64,000 nt of DNA from Octopus sinensis (taxonomy: Eukaryota). The notes below the pieces were generated by a model that was not told the origin of the DNA, ran no database searches, and saw nothing but the letters and a program-made list of their open reading frames with translations. Location of the stretch: contig NC_043026.1 of assembly GCF_006345805.1 (NCBI RefSeq), forward strand, positions 5,704,001-5,768,000, given 5' to 3'. Shown piece by piece: positions 25,038 through 38,164 of the stretch (within the stretch, counting starts at the first letter, position 1; every line of letters begins with the position of its first letter). Both the position numbers and the translations under genes were made by a program.

Positions 25038-26331
25038 ATATATACTCTTTACTCTTTTACTTGTTTCAGGCATTTGGCTGTGGCCACGCTGGAGCACCGC
25101 TTTTAGTCGAGCAAATCGACCTCGGGGACTTCTTCTTTGTAAGCCCCGTACTTATTCTATCGGTCTCTTTTGCTGAACTGTCAAGTTACGGGGACGTAAA
25201 CACACTAGCATCGGTTGTCAAGCGATGTTGGGGGGACACATATACGCCGGGCTTTCGGTATTTTGCCCGTCGCTACGTCCTGGGTTCAACTTCCGCCGAT
25301 GTCGACTTTGCCTTTCATCCTGTCGGGGTCGATAAATTAATCGACTCATCCTCTCCCCACAAATTCCAGGCCTTGTGTTTATAGTGGAAATGATTAACAT
25401 TTAGCAGAAGCAACAGAGTGACTTAAGGGCAGAGAGTTTCGTGCATGGCACTTTTCAAACTAATGTGACTAAGTGCCAACCACGAAACTCGAATCACTTC
25501 TGCTAAATATTAATATATTTCTTCTGTTTCTGCTGAATATTAATATGAAATGTATGTATGTATGTATGCAGGCAGGTAGGTAGGTAGGTAGATAGGCAGG
25601 TAGGCAGGAGTGGCTGTAAGTAGTTTGCTTACGAACCACATGGTTCAGGGTTCAGTCCCACTGCGTGGCACCTGGGACAAGTGTCTTCTACTATAGCCTC
25701 GGGTCGACCAAAGCCTTGTGAGTGGATTTGGTAGTCAGAAACTGAAAGAAGCCCGTCGTATATATGTATATATATATGTGCGTGTGTGTTTGTGTGTCTG
25801 TTTGTCCCCCTAGCATTGCTTGACAACCGATGCTGGTGTGTTTACGTCCCCGTAACATTAGCGGTTCGGCAAAAAGAGACCGATAGAATAAGTACTAGGC
25901 GTACAAAGAATAAGTCCTGGGATCGATTTGCTCGACTAAAGGCGGTGCTCCAGCATGGCCGCAGTCAAATGACTGAAACAAGTAAAAACGTATGTATGTA
26001 TGCACGTATGTATGCAGGGACATACATACATACAAACGTACGTAGAGAGGGAGAATGGGAGAGAGAGAGAGAGAAGAGAGAGAGAGCAATAAAAATATTA
26101 ATATACAAATATAATTATGGATATAGATATATTTATAAACATAGATGTAAATGGATATAGATATGGGCGGCGTGAGTAATCAAAACCCTCACGAGACAGC
26201 GTGGTGGAAGAATAGTAATAGCGGTAGCAGTAGCAGAGGTGGAGTGAGGTTAAGAAGAAGTAGGAGGGCAGGATTTTAATTATTCAAAGTGTTTCTATCC
26301 AGCCCCTTCTCACTTTCATTGAAGTATTAAA

Positions 26332-27622
26332 TCTCTTCTCTCCATATATAAAGCTGAAGTTGTCTGTGTATGGCAGGTTTTTGTACCCTTCAACTAACAC
26401 TATCTCCTCCGAGACCCTGCGGCGCAAGTTGACCAAAATTGAGAGTATGATAGAAGAAGGCTTGCTCTTCATTCCGTAGAAAATAAAATTCAAATCGGAC
26501 CATGTTAACACCAAAAATTATTTACATCAAACAGGTGCTTTTTTTCTATGAAAATCCCTATTTTTTACGATTTATAAAGCTGAACTTGTCTGTGTATGGC
26601 AGGTTTTGTAGCCTTCAACTAACACTATCTCCTCCGAGACCCTGCGTCGCAAGTTGACCAAAATTGAGAGTATGATAGAAGAAGGCTTGCTCTTCATTCC
26701 GTAGAAAATAAAATTCAAATCGGACCATGTTAACACCAAAAATTATTTACATCAAACAGGTGCTTTTTTTCTATGAAAATCCCTATTTTTTACGATTTAT
26801 AAAGCTGAACTTGTCTGTGTATGGCAGGTTTTGTAGCCTTCAACTAACACTATCTCCTCCGAGACCCTGCGTCGCAAGTTGACCAAAATTGAGAGTATGA
26901 TAGAAGAAGGCTTGCTCTTCATTCCGTAGAAAATAAAATTCAAATCGGACCATGTTAACACCAAAAATTATTTACATCAAACAGGTGCTTTTTTTCTATG
27001 AAAATCCTATTTTTTACGATTTATAAAGCTGAACTTGTCTGTGTATGGCAGGTTTTGTAGCCTTCAACTAACACTATCTCCTCCGAGACCCTGCGTCGCA
27101 AGTTGACCAAAATTGAGAGTATGATAGAAGAAGGCTTGCTCTTCATTCCGTAGAAAATAAAATTCAAATCGGACCATGTTAACACCAAAAATTATTTACA
27201 TCAAACAGGTGCTTTTTTTCTATGAAAATCCCTATTTTTTACGATTTATAAAGCTGAACTTGTCTGTGTATGGCAGGTTTTGTAGCCTTCAACTAACACT
27301 GTCTCCTCCGAGACCCTGCGGCGCAAGTTGACCAAAATACTGAGAGTATGATAGAAGGCTTGCTCTTCATTCCGTAGAAGAAAAAATTCAAATCGGACCA
27401 TGTTAACACCAAAATTTATTTACATCAAAGAGGTGCTTTTTTTTCTATGAAAATCTCTATTTTTTACTGCCGTGTCGCCATTTTTCGGTGTATTTCAACC
27501 AGGAAAATGTTCACTTAAAGAGAATAACAAGCTACACGATGCAAAATTTTTACTTTCCAAAAATTCCAATTCGAAAGGGTCGAAAAGAAAACAAACCCGA
27601 GCAACGCCGGGCGATAAGCTTG
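26332..27622 (+). mobile_element. Helitron with five tandem ~225-bp copies of its 5' segment
   Basis: Units start with TATAAAGCTG at 26347, 26573, 26798, 27022 and 27247. The element ends CCCGAGCAACGCCGGGCGATAAGCTTG, the same 3' motif as the other copies with a degenerate CTAG. Confidence 0.8.
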
Positions 27623-28547
27623 TTTCTAGATATAGCTTACAGATATGATGTATGAACGAAGCTTCGTTTAGTAATATGTGTTATCTTTCTTTTTTTTTTT
27701 TTGTTTACTTGTTGCAGTCAATTAGACTATGACCCATCCACTGGCACCTAGTAATTATTTTGAAGTTTGGTTCGTATTCTAAGTGTTTTTTTATTTATTT
27801 ATTTTTGCCGAAACAGTAAATTACGGAAACGAATTATATATACATATATACGACAGGCTTCTTTCAATTTCCGTCTACCAAATCCACTCACAAGGCTTTG
27901 GTCGGCCCGAGGCTCTAGCAGAGTTCCGGGTTCAGTCCCACTGCGTGGCGTCTTGGGCAAGTGTCTTCTTCTATAGCCTCGGGCCGACCAATGCCTTGTG
28001 AGTGGATTTGGCAGACGGAAACTGAAAGAAGCCCGTCGTATATATGTATATATATATATGTGTGTGTGCATGTTTGTGTGTCTGTGTTTGTCCCCCTAGC
28101 ATTGCTTGACAACCGATGCTGGTGTTTACGTCGCCGTCACTTAGCGGTTCGGCAAAAGAGACTGACAGAATAAGTACTGGGCTTACAAAGAATAAGTCCC
28201 GGGGTCGATTTGCTCGACTAAAGGCGATGCTCCAGCATGGCCGCAGTCAAAGGACTGAAACCAGTAAAAGAGTATTGAAGACGGTGCTCCAGCATGGCCG
28301 CAGTCAAATGACTGAAACAAGTAAAAGATTATATGACGGATAGAATGAAAATCTCTGATTTCCAGCTTGAGGCTTTTACCATTAGTTGTGAAGAATGTGA
28401 GGAATTTGCTGTCAAACACTAAGGGGGCGAAGTGACCTGAAATTTCTCTTCTCTGTCAGAACTGGTACAGTGCCAAAACTCAGATGTACCTATCTGCTGC
28501 TTTGGCCTTATTAAAAATTAGTTAAACCACTGAAATCTATTACTTAA

Positions 28548-28756
28548 CCCTTTAGTATTTAAACCAGCCTAAATATTTAATCTGTTTTATGTTCAAGCTG
28601 ACCAGATCCAGGCTCTCACACCTACCCTACAATGTTATTCTACATTAAGTAATTACACCATCAAGATCTTGAAGATATGAGATAATGCAGGATTAATTCA
28701 AATCAATGGGAATCAATAAGCATTATGTTTGATAGAATAATCAGAACACTACAGGG
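28548..28756. mobile_element. piggyBac-like MITE (TTAA TSD, CCCT...AGGG ends)
   Basis: TTAA|CCCTTTAG...TACAGGG|TTAA, with the empty TTAA site preserved in the duplicate at 29013-29016. Related fragments near 36270, 38530-38830, 39480-39560, 44815-44950 and 47490-47650. Confidence 0.82.
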
Positions 28757-29444
28757 TTAAGGACGCCATCTGCAACAAAAGACTAAGTGTCTATATATTT
28801 AACGTTGTGCAGAGTGTGTATTATAAAGCGCAGGAGTGGCTGTGTGGTAAGTAGCTTGCTAACCAACCACATGGTTCCGGGCTCAGTCCTACCGCGTGGA
28901 CCTTGGACGAGTGTCTTCTACATATATTACATATTTTAGTGCCAAAACTCAGATGTACCTATCTGCTGCTTTGGCCTTACTAAAAATTAGGTAAATCGCT
29001 GAAATCTATTACTTAAGGACGCCATCTGCATCAAAAGACATCAACTAAGTGTCCATGTATTTAACGTTGTGCAATGGCAGAGTGTGTATTATAGGCGCAG
29101 GAGTGGCTGTGTGGTAAGTAGCTTGCTAACCAACCACATGATTCCGGGTTCAGTCCTACCGCGTGGACCTTGGACGAGTGTCTTCTACATATATTATATA
29201 TTTTCTATTTTGTCCGATGACCTTTTTGCCATCTTTCTGATACCATGCTCATAGATAGAAGTTCTGGTCCTTAGCTAAAAACTAAAGCAAGTGTAATTTC
29301 AGGTCATCATCGTATTTAATGTTGTGTAATGGCAGAGTGTGTATTATAAGGCGCAGGAGTGGCTGTGTGGCAAGTAGCTTAATAAACAACCACATGGTTC
29401 TGGGTTCAGTCCTACCGCATGGACCTTGGACGAGTGTCTTCTAC

Positions 29445-30019
29445 ATATATTACATATTTTCCATTTTGTCCGATGACCTTTTTGCCATCTTTCTGGCAAC
29501 TTCATGATACCATGCTCATAGATAGAACTTCTGGTCCTTAGCCAAAAACTGAAGCAATTGCAATTTCAGGTCATCATCATTTTCCCAAGTATTTCTATTC
29601 AAAGAAATTTTGCAAACTTCGAAATAAATGGTAATCTGATGGTGCAGGGTCAGGGCTATATTGGTGGATGTGAATTCACTTCCCAACCAAGCTCCAATAA
29701 TAATTTTTCACAAGTTAGCAAAGACGTGTGTGGACTAGTGTTGTCACGGCAGAGCACGATTTCTTTTATGATTTACCAGTTTTTGCCCTTTTTTTCTTTG
29801 ATTGCTTCCTCCAGTTTCATTAGTTGTTGACAGTAAACATCTGAATTGATCATTTGCAGCTCAAAAATACACAACACCTTTGTATTCCCACCAAACTGAC
29901 AGCATGACCTTCTTTGATGCAATTCTGCTTTCAATCTGGTTTGTGTTGGCTCGTTACACTTGGCCCATGATCATTTTCAATTGAGGTTATTGTAGACAAT
30001 CCAGTTTTCTTCACCAGTG
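29445..30019 (-). pseudogene. Decayed mariner transposase catalytic domain and C-terminus
   Basis: Frameshifted translation gives ITGEENWIVY, KVMLSVWWEYKGVVYF, DNTSPH, HPPxSPDPAPSDYHLFRSLQN, GIMKLPERWQKVIGQNGKY, which are mariner D,D34D motifs. The C-terminal part is duplicated at ~29195-29310 and the 5' side is cut by a SINE array. Confidence 0.92.
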
Positions 30020-30590
30020 AAGCAAAAAGAGACCGATAGAATAAGTACTAGGCTTACAAAGAATAAGTCCTGGGGTAGATTTGCTCGACTAAAGGCGATG
30101 CTCCAGCATGGTCACAGTCAAATGACTGAAACAAGTAAAAGAGACCGATAGAATAAGTACTAGGCTTACAAAGAATAAGTCCTGGGGTCGATTTGCTTGA
30201 CTAAAGGCGGTGCTCCAGCATGGCCACAGTCAAATGACTGAAACAAGTAAAAGAGACCGATAGAATAAGTACTAGGCTTACAAAGAATAAGTCCTGGGGT
30301 CGATTTGCTCGACTAAAAGGCGGTGCTCCAGCATGGCCACAGTTAAATGACTGAAACAAGTAAAAGAGACCGATAGAATAAGTACTGGGCTTACAAAGAA
30401 TAAGTCCTGGGGTCGATTTGCTTGACTAAAGGCGGTGCTCCAGCATGGCCAGTCAAATGACTGAAACAAGTAAAAGAGACCGATAGGATAAGTACTAGGC
30501 TTACAAAGAATAAGTCCTGGGGTCGATTTGCTTGACTAAAGGCGGTGCTCCAGCATGGCCACAGTCAGATGACTGAAACAAGTAAAAGAG
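30020..30590 (+). repeat. Five tandem ~112-bp SINE A tail units
   Basis: AAAAGAGACCGATAGAATAAG recurs about every 112 bp. Confidence 0.9.
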
Positions 30591-31469
30591 TATATATACA
30601 TATATAGATTCATACACTCACACTGAACTTAAAATGTGAAGAACAAATACAAACATGTCCAACACTATCAGTTCTGTCGATCTATAAAAGAGACTTCAAT
30701 GCTAGAAAGAGCAGCCATGGATTTTCTAATATACCTATTTCTTTATTACCCACAAGGGGCTAAACAAGGACAGACATAGGTATTAAGTTGATTACATCAA
30801 CCCCAGTGCGCAACTGGTGCTTAATTTATCGACCCCGAAAGGACGAAAGGCAAAGTCGACCTCGGCGGAATTTGAACTCACAACGTAATGGCAGACGAAA
30901 TACTGCAAAGCATTTCGCTCGGCGTGCTAACGCTTCTGCCAGCTCGCCGCCTTTCTAATATACCTATTTCTTTATTACCCACAAGGGGCTAAACATAGAT
31001 GGGACAAACAAGGACAGACATAGGTATTTCTAATATACCATCACCGGCAAGCCATGTGAGACCATAACCTTGTAGCCTAAACCAGGGGTGTAACCAGCCC
31101 ATTTATGCGTACCTTCCCTTCATTGGACACTGCTTGCGAAGAACTATTGAGGCAAGTGAAATCGGAATTGAAATCAAATTTGATGACTGGCGTCCGTGCT
31201 AGTGGAGCACTAAGAGCACCATCCGAGCGTGATTGTTGCTAGAGCAGCTAACTGGCGTTTGTGCCAGTGGCACGTAAAAAGCACCATTCGAGCATGATTT
31301 TTTACCAGAATTACCTTACTGGCACTTGTGCCGGTGACACGTAAAAAAAAAAAAAAATTAAATAAATAAACAAAAACACGATTTTCCATGACCGTTGCCA
31401 GTACCGCCTGACTGGTCCCCGTGCCGGTGGCATGCAAAAGCACCCACTACACTCTCGGAGTGGTTGGCG

Positions 31470-34400
31470 TTAGGAAGGGCATCCAGCTGTAGAAACTCTG
31501 CCAGATCAAGATTGGAGTCTGGTGCAGCCATCTGGTTCGCCAGTCCTCAGTCAAATCGTCCAACCCATGCCAGCATGGAAAGCAAACGTTAAACGACGAT
31601 GATGATGATGATGATGGTAACAGCTACAGAACACTATAGCATAAAAAGAAACTGTCCCCCACCTTGGCATTAGGAAGGGCATTCAGCTGTAGAAACTCTG
31701 CCAGATCAAGATTGGAGCCTGGTGCAGCCATCTGGTTCGCCAGTCCTCAATCAAATCATCCAACCCATGCCAGCATGGAAAGCAAACGTTAAACGACGAT
31801 GATGATGATGATGACGGTAACAGCTACAGAACACTATAGCATCATAAAAAGAAACTGTCCCCCACCTTGGCATTAGGAAGGGCATCCAGCTGTAGAAACT
31901 CTGCCAGATCAAGATTGGAGCCTGGTGCAGCCATCTGGTTCGCCAGTCCTCAATCAAATCGTCCAACCCATGCCAGCATGGAAAGCAAACGTTAAACGAC
32001 GATGATGATGATGATGACGGTAACAGCTACAGAACACTATAGCATCATAAAAAGAAACTGTCCCCCACCTTGGCATTAGGAAGGGCATCCAGCTGTAGAA
32101 ACTCTGCCAGATCAAGATTGGAGCCTGGTGCAGCCATCTGGTTCGCCAGTCCTCAATCAAATCGTCCAACCCATGCCAGCATGGAAAGCAAACGTTAAAC
32201 GACGATGATGATGATGATGACGGTAACAGCTACAGAACACTATAGCATAAAAAGAAACTGTCCCCCACCTTGGCATTAGGAAGGGCATCCAGCTGTAGAA
32301 ACTCTGCCAGATCAAGATGGAGCCTGGTGCAGCCATCTGGTTCGCCAGTCCTCAATCAAATCATCCAACCCATGCCAGCATGGAAAGCAAACGTTAAACG
32401 ACGATGATGATGATGATGACGGTAACAGCTACAGAACACTATAGCATCATAAAAAGAAACTGTCCCCCACCTTGGCATTAGGAAGGGCATCCAGCTGTAG
32501 AAACTCTGCCAGATCAAGATTGGAGCCTGGTGCAGCCATCTGGTTCGCCAGTCCTCAATCAAATCATCCAACCCATGCCAGCATGGAAAGCAAACGTTAA
32601 ACGACGATGATGATGATGATGACGGTAACAGCTACAGAACACTATAGCATCATAAAAGAAACTGTCCCCCACCTTGGCATTAGGAAGGGCATCCAGCTGT
32701 AGAAACTCTGCCAGATCAAGATTGGAGCCTGGTGCAGCCATCTGGTTCGCCAGTCCTCAATCAAATCGTCCAACCCATGCCAGCATGGAAAGCAAACGTT
32801 AAACGACGATGATGATGATGATGACGGTAACAGCTACAGAACACTATAGCATCATAAAAAGAAACTGTCCCCCACCTTGGCATTAGGAAGGGCATCCAGC
32901 TGTAGAAACTCTGCCAGATCAAGATTGGAGCCTGGTGCAGCCATCTGGTTCGCCAGTCCTCAATCAAATCGTCCAACCCATGCCAGCATGGAAAGCAAAC
33001 GTTAAACGACGATGATGATGATGACGGTAACAGCTACAGAACACTATAGCATCATAAAAAGAAACTGTCCCCCACCTTGGCATTAGGAAGGGCATCCAGC
33101 TGTAGAAACTCTGCCAGATCAAGATTGGAGCCTGGTGCAGCCATCTGGTTCGCCAGTCCTCAATCAAATCGTCCAACCCATGCCAGCATGGAAAGCAAAC
33201 GTTAAACGAGATGATGATGATGATGACGGTAACAGCTACAGAACACTATAGCATCATAAAAAGAAACTGTCCCCCACCTTGGCATTAGGAAGGGCATCCA
33301 GCTGTAGAAACTCTGCCAGATCAAGATTGGAGCCTGGTGCAGCATCTGGTTCGCCAGTCCTCAGTCAAATCATCCAACCCATGCCAGCATGGAAAGCAAA
33401 CGTTAAACGACGATGATGATGATGATGACGGTAACAGCTACAGAACACTATAGCATCATAAAAAGAAACTGTCCCCCACCTTGGCATTAGGAAGGGCATC
33501 CAGCTGTAGAAACTCTGCCAGATCAAGATTGGAGCCTGGTGCAGCCATCTGGTTCGCCAGTCCTCAATCAAATCGTCCAACCCATGCCAGCATGGAAAGC
33601 AAACGTTAAACGACGATGATGATGATGATGACGGTAACAGCTACAGAACACTATAGCATAAAAAGAAACTGTCCCCCACCTTGGCATTAGGAAGGGCATC
33701 CAGCTGTAGAAACTCTGCCAGATCAAGATTGGAGCCTGGTGCAGCCATCTGGTTCGCCAGTCCTCAATCAAATCGTCCAACCCATGCCAGCATGGAAAGC
33801 AAACGTTAAACGACGATGATGATGATGATGACGGTAACAGCTACAGAACACTATAGCATAAAAAGAAACTGTCCCCCACCTTGGCATTAGGAAGGCATCC
33901 AGCTGTAGAAACTCTGCCAGATCAAGATTGGAGCCTGGTGCAGCATCTGGTTCGCCAGTCCTCAATCAAATCGTCCAACCCATGCCAGCATGGAAAGCAA
34001 ACGTTAAACGACGATGATGATGATGATGACGGTAACAGCTACAGAACACTATAGCATCATAAAAAGAAACTGTCCCCCACCTTGGCATTAGGAAGGGCAT
34101 CCAGCTGTAGAAACTCTGCCAGATCAAGATTGGAGCCTGGTGCAGCCATCTGGTTCGCCAGTCCTCAATCAAATCATCCAACCCATGCCAGCATGGAAAG
34201 CAAACGTTAAACGACGATGATGATGATGATGATGACGGTAACAGCTACAGACACTATAGCATCATAAAAAGAAACTGTCCCCCACCTTGGCATTAGGAAG
34301 GGCATCCAGCTGTAGAAACTCTGCCAGATCAAGATTGGAGCCTGGTGCAGCCATCTGGTTCGCCAGTCCTCAATCAAATCGTCCAACCCATGCCAGCATG

Positions 34401-35772
34401 GAAAGCAAACGTTAAACGACGATGATGATGATGACGGTAACAGCTACAGAACACTATAGCATCATAAAAAGAAACTGTCCCCCACCTTGGCATTAGGAAG
34501 GCATCCAGCTGTAGAAACTCTGCCAGATCAAGATTGGAGCCTGGTGCAGCCATCTGGTTCGCCAGTCCTCAATCAAATCATCCAACCCATGCCAGCATGG
34601 AAAGCAAACGTTAACGACGATGATGATGACGGTAACAGCTACAGAACACTATAGCATCATAAAAAGAAACTCTGCCAGATCAAGATTGGAGCCTGGTGCA
34701 GCATCTGGTTCGCCAGTCCTCAATCAAATCGTCCAACCCATGCCAGCATGGAAAGCAAACGTTAAACGACGATGATGATGATGACGGTAACAGCTACAGA
34801 ACACTATAGCATCATAAAAAGAAACTGTCCCCCACCTTGGCATCCAGCTGTAGAAACTCTGCCAGATCAAGATTGGAGCCTGGTGCAGCCATCTGGTTCG
34901 CCAGTCCTCAATCAAATCGTCCAACCCATGCCAGCATGGAAAGCAAACGTTAAATGATGATGATGATGATGACAGTACAGCTACAGAACACTATATAGCA
35001 TCATAAAAGAAACTGTCCCCCACCTTGGCATTAGGAAGGGCATCCAGCTGTAGAAACTCTGCCAGATCAAGATTGGAGCCTGGTGCAGCCATCTGGTTCG
35101 CCAGTCCTCAATCAATCGTCCAACCCATGCCAGCATGGAAAGCAAACGTTAAACAACGATGATGATGATGATGATGACAGTAACAGCTACAGAACACTAT
35201 AGCATCATAAAAAGAAACTGTCCCCCACCTTGGCATTAGGAAGGGCATCCAGCTGTAGAAACTCTGCCAGATCAAGATTGGAGCCTGGTGCAGCCATCTG
35301 GTTCGCCAGTCCTCAATCAAATCATCCAACCCATGCCAGCATGGAAAGCAAACGTTAAACGACGATGATGATGACGGTAACAGCTACAGAACACTATAGC
35401 ATCATAAAAAGAAACTCTGCCAGATCAAGATTGGAGCCTGGTGCAGCCATCTGGTTCGCCAGTCCTCAATCAAATCGTCCAACCCATGCCAGCATGGAAA
35501 GCAAACGTTAAACGACGATGATGATGATGACGGTAACAGCTACAGAACACTATAGCATCATAAAAAGAAACTGTCCCCCACCTTGGCATCCAGCTGTAGA
35601 AACTCTGCCAGATCAAGATTGGAGCCTGGTGCAGCCATCTGGTTCGCCAGTCCTCAATCAAATCGTCCAACCCATGCCAGCATGGAAAGCAAACGTTAAA
35701 TGATGATGATGATGATGACAGTAACAGCTACAGAACACTATAGCATCATAAAAAGAAACTGTCCCCCACCAC
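31470..35772 (+). repeat. ~203-bp satellite, ~21-22 units, made of the family D 3' end plus ~50 bp of flank
   Basis: About 22 (GAT)n tails at ~200-bp spacing; the units are nearly identical. Confidence 0.97.
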
Positions 35773-38057
35773 CTTAATGACTTTGCACCTTTCAAAACGA
35801 ACCTACATAAATTGGTTACTAACATCTATTTATTTAAGTAAATAACACCAAACTGTGAGCTGACATTAAGATATGCTAAGACCTCCACTATTATTTCTAT
35901 ATTATCTGATAAGACAGACAAAAGGAGTTGATAATATCAAAACATGACGGCTACTGTGGTTTGGAGTAAACAGATAGAAAAAGAAAATTAAAATGCTGAT
36001 GTTAGCCCCGTAAGAATTCTGGTCGACTGATCTGATGCCCCTGGTTGATAGAGAATGGGCAAGTTCAAATTAACTAAATCTAGCATCTTACACCAACCCA
36101 CCAATGTCCTAAAATGAAACCATTGCATCATCGATATTTAAAAACTACAAGTTAATACCTGATTAATTAAAAACAATGTGGATAAATAAGTAATTACATT
36201 TGACAGAATAATTTCAATGCTAAAGAATCCACCGAAATTATCTACCTTGATTTATGGTCAAACTGGCCAGATCCAGCCCCTTACACTTACCTACAATGTT
36301 ATGCGAAAAATTAAACCATTGCAATATTGAAACCTCAAAGCTACAAGTTAATATACAATTAAACTTCTATATTACCTGTTTCTTTACAACCCACAAGGGG
36401 CTAAACACAGAGGACAAACAAGGACAGACACACGGATTAAGTCGATTATATCGACCCCAGTACGTAACTGGTACTTATTTAAATGACCCCGAAAGAATGA
36501 AAGGCAAAGTCAACCTCGGCGGAATTTGAACTCAGAACGTAACGGCAGACGAAATACGGCTAAGCATTTCGCCCGGCGTGTTAACGTCTCTGCCAGCTTG
36601 CCACCTTATTACTCGCCTAAACTTCCATATTACCATGGCTGTTGCCAGCACCACCATGACTGGCTTCTGTGCCAGTGGCACATAAAAGGCACCAACCGAT
36701 TGTGGCCACTGCCAGCAGCACGTAAAAAGCACCCACTACACTCACAGAGTGGTTGGCGTTAGGAAGGGCATCCAGCTGTAGAAATACTGCCAGATCAGAC
36801 TGGGGCCTGGTGCAGCCTCCTGGCTTCCCAGACCCCGGTCAAACCGCCCAACCCGTGCTAGCACAGGAAACTGACGTTAAACGGTGATGATGATGATTAC
36901 CACCCATGAGTGCTTATTGTTTTGTAAAATAGAATTTTCCGTTTGAAGCCCTGGGTGGATTTTCAAAAACGCCTGATATCTAACACAGTGCCCCGCAACC
37001 TTTTTTCACTTGCAGTACACTTAGTCTTTTCAAAATTCGGCAGCAAAACTCAACTAAAAATATGAATAGAAATATAGGGTCAAAAATTATATTCAGGTTA
37101 CACTGTGGCACACCAGTGTGGAATGCCCAACGTGCCTGTGTTTTTGCACTGATATGAAGTTTGGTCAAACAAAAAAGGGTTGGTGTTAGGAAGGGCATGT
37201 GACTAGACTACTGTCCTAAATAGTCTTCAACACCTGACAGTATTGGGGAAGTAGACTCTACCAATTTACATGGTTCAAGAAATTTTATCAGTTTCTCTTA
37301 GTCAAGGGAGACAACTGTTGATGAGAGCAAAACTATAAAATCTGAAGAAACTGGTGCCCCACCCCCATGTTAACAAATAATCCTTTCTACTAGGTCCAGG
37401 AGTAGGCTGTGGTAAAAGCTTGCTTCCCAACCACATGATTCCAGGTTCAGTCTCACTGTGTGGCACCTTGGACAAGTTTTTTCTACTACAACCTCAGGCT
37501 GACCAAAGCCTTGTGACTGGATTTGGTAGATGGAAAGTGAAAGAAGCCCATCGTATGTATGTATATATACTCTTTTACTTGTTTCAGTCATTTGACGGTG
37601 GCCATGCTGGAGCACCACCTTTTTATATATATATATGTTTTGTGTTTAACTGATTTTGAGGTGATTACATTTCTGTAACTTAACAGTTTGCCCCTACAAT
37701 TTGTTTTTTGGTTTAGCTCGCAAGCGAAACAAAAGCCTTGAGTGGGTTTGGTGTCCAGAAAGAAGCCTATTGCATGTATGTGTGTACCCTTATGTAGACG
37801 TCACATGATGGTTGCAACCAAACATCAGTGTCATACAAGTCTGTTCCTACCCTTCCATGCAAAAAAAGAAAACAAAAAACACCCAACTTAACACCTCTGA
37901 AAACAGCTGGGGGCTGGCAGCAGAATGCATCAAAATCCTACCTGAATCATGTGGTAAGCATAGAAAAGTTGGGGTATTAAATGATGACAAGCAGAGACAA
38001 ACCAAAGTAATAAAAAAAAAAAAAGGAATGTTTTTTTTTTCTTTTTTTACATTTATA

Positions 38058-38063
38058 TTTATT
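38058..38063 (-). terminator. RPL37: RPL37 polyadenylation signal AATAAA
   Basis: AATAAA on the minus strand about 20 nt after the stop codon. Confidence 0.75.
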
Positions 38064-38082
38064 TAAACAGTTCTTAACAAGC

Positions 38083-38164
38083 CTAACTTGTTGCCACGGC
38101 AGCTGAAGGGGCAGCTCCTTTCTTCACATGGGGTTTTGGTATCTTTCCTTCTCTGAAACCATTT
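38083..38164 (-). CDS. RPL37: RPL37 exon 4 coding part (82 bp): KNGFREGKIPKPHVKKGAAPSAAVATS*
   Basis: GFREG motif, acceptor ctctgcag|, stop TAG. Spliced CDS is 3+136+85+82=306 nt, giving 101 aa. Confidence 0.97.

Noticed and set aside
31751-35703. Repeated 71-aa ORF MDDLIEDWRTRWLHQ... as a tandem gene family, or the array as CRISPR-like
   Set aside because: These are antisense readings of a SINE-derived satellite. Units are identical with no unique spacers, and there are no cas genes in a eukaryotic context
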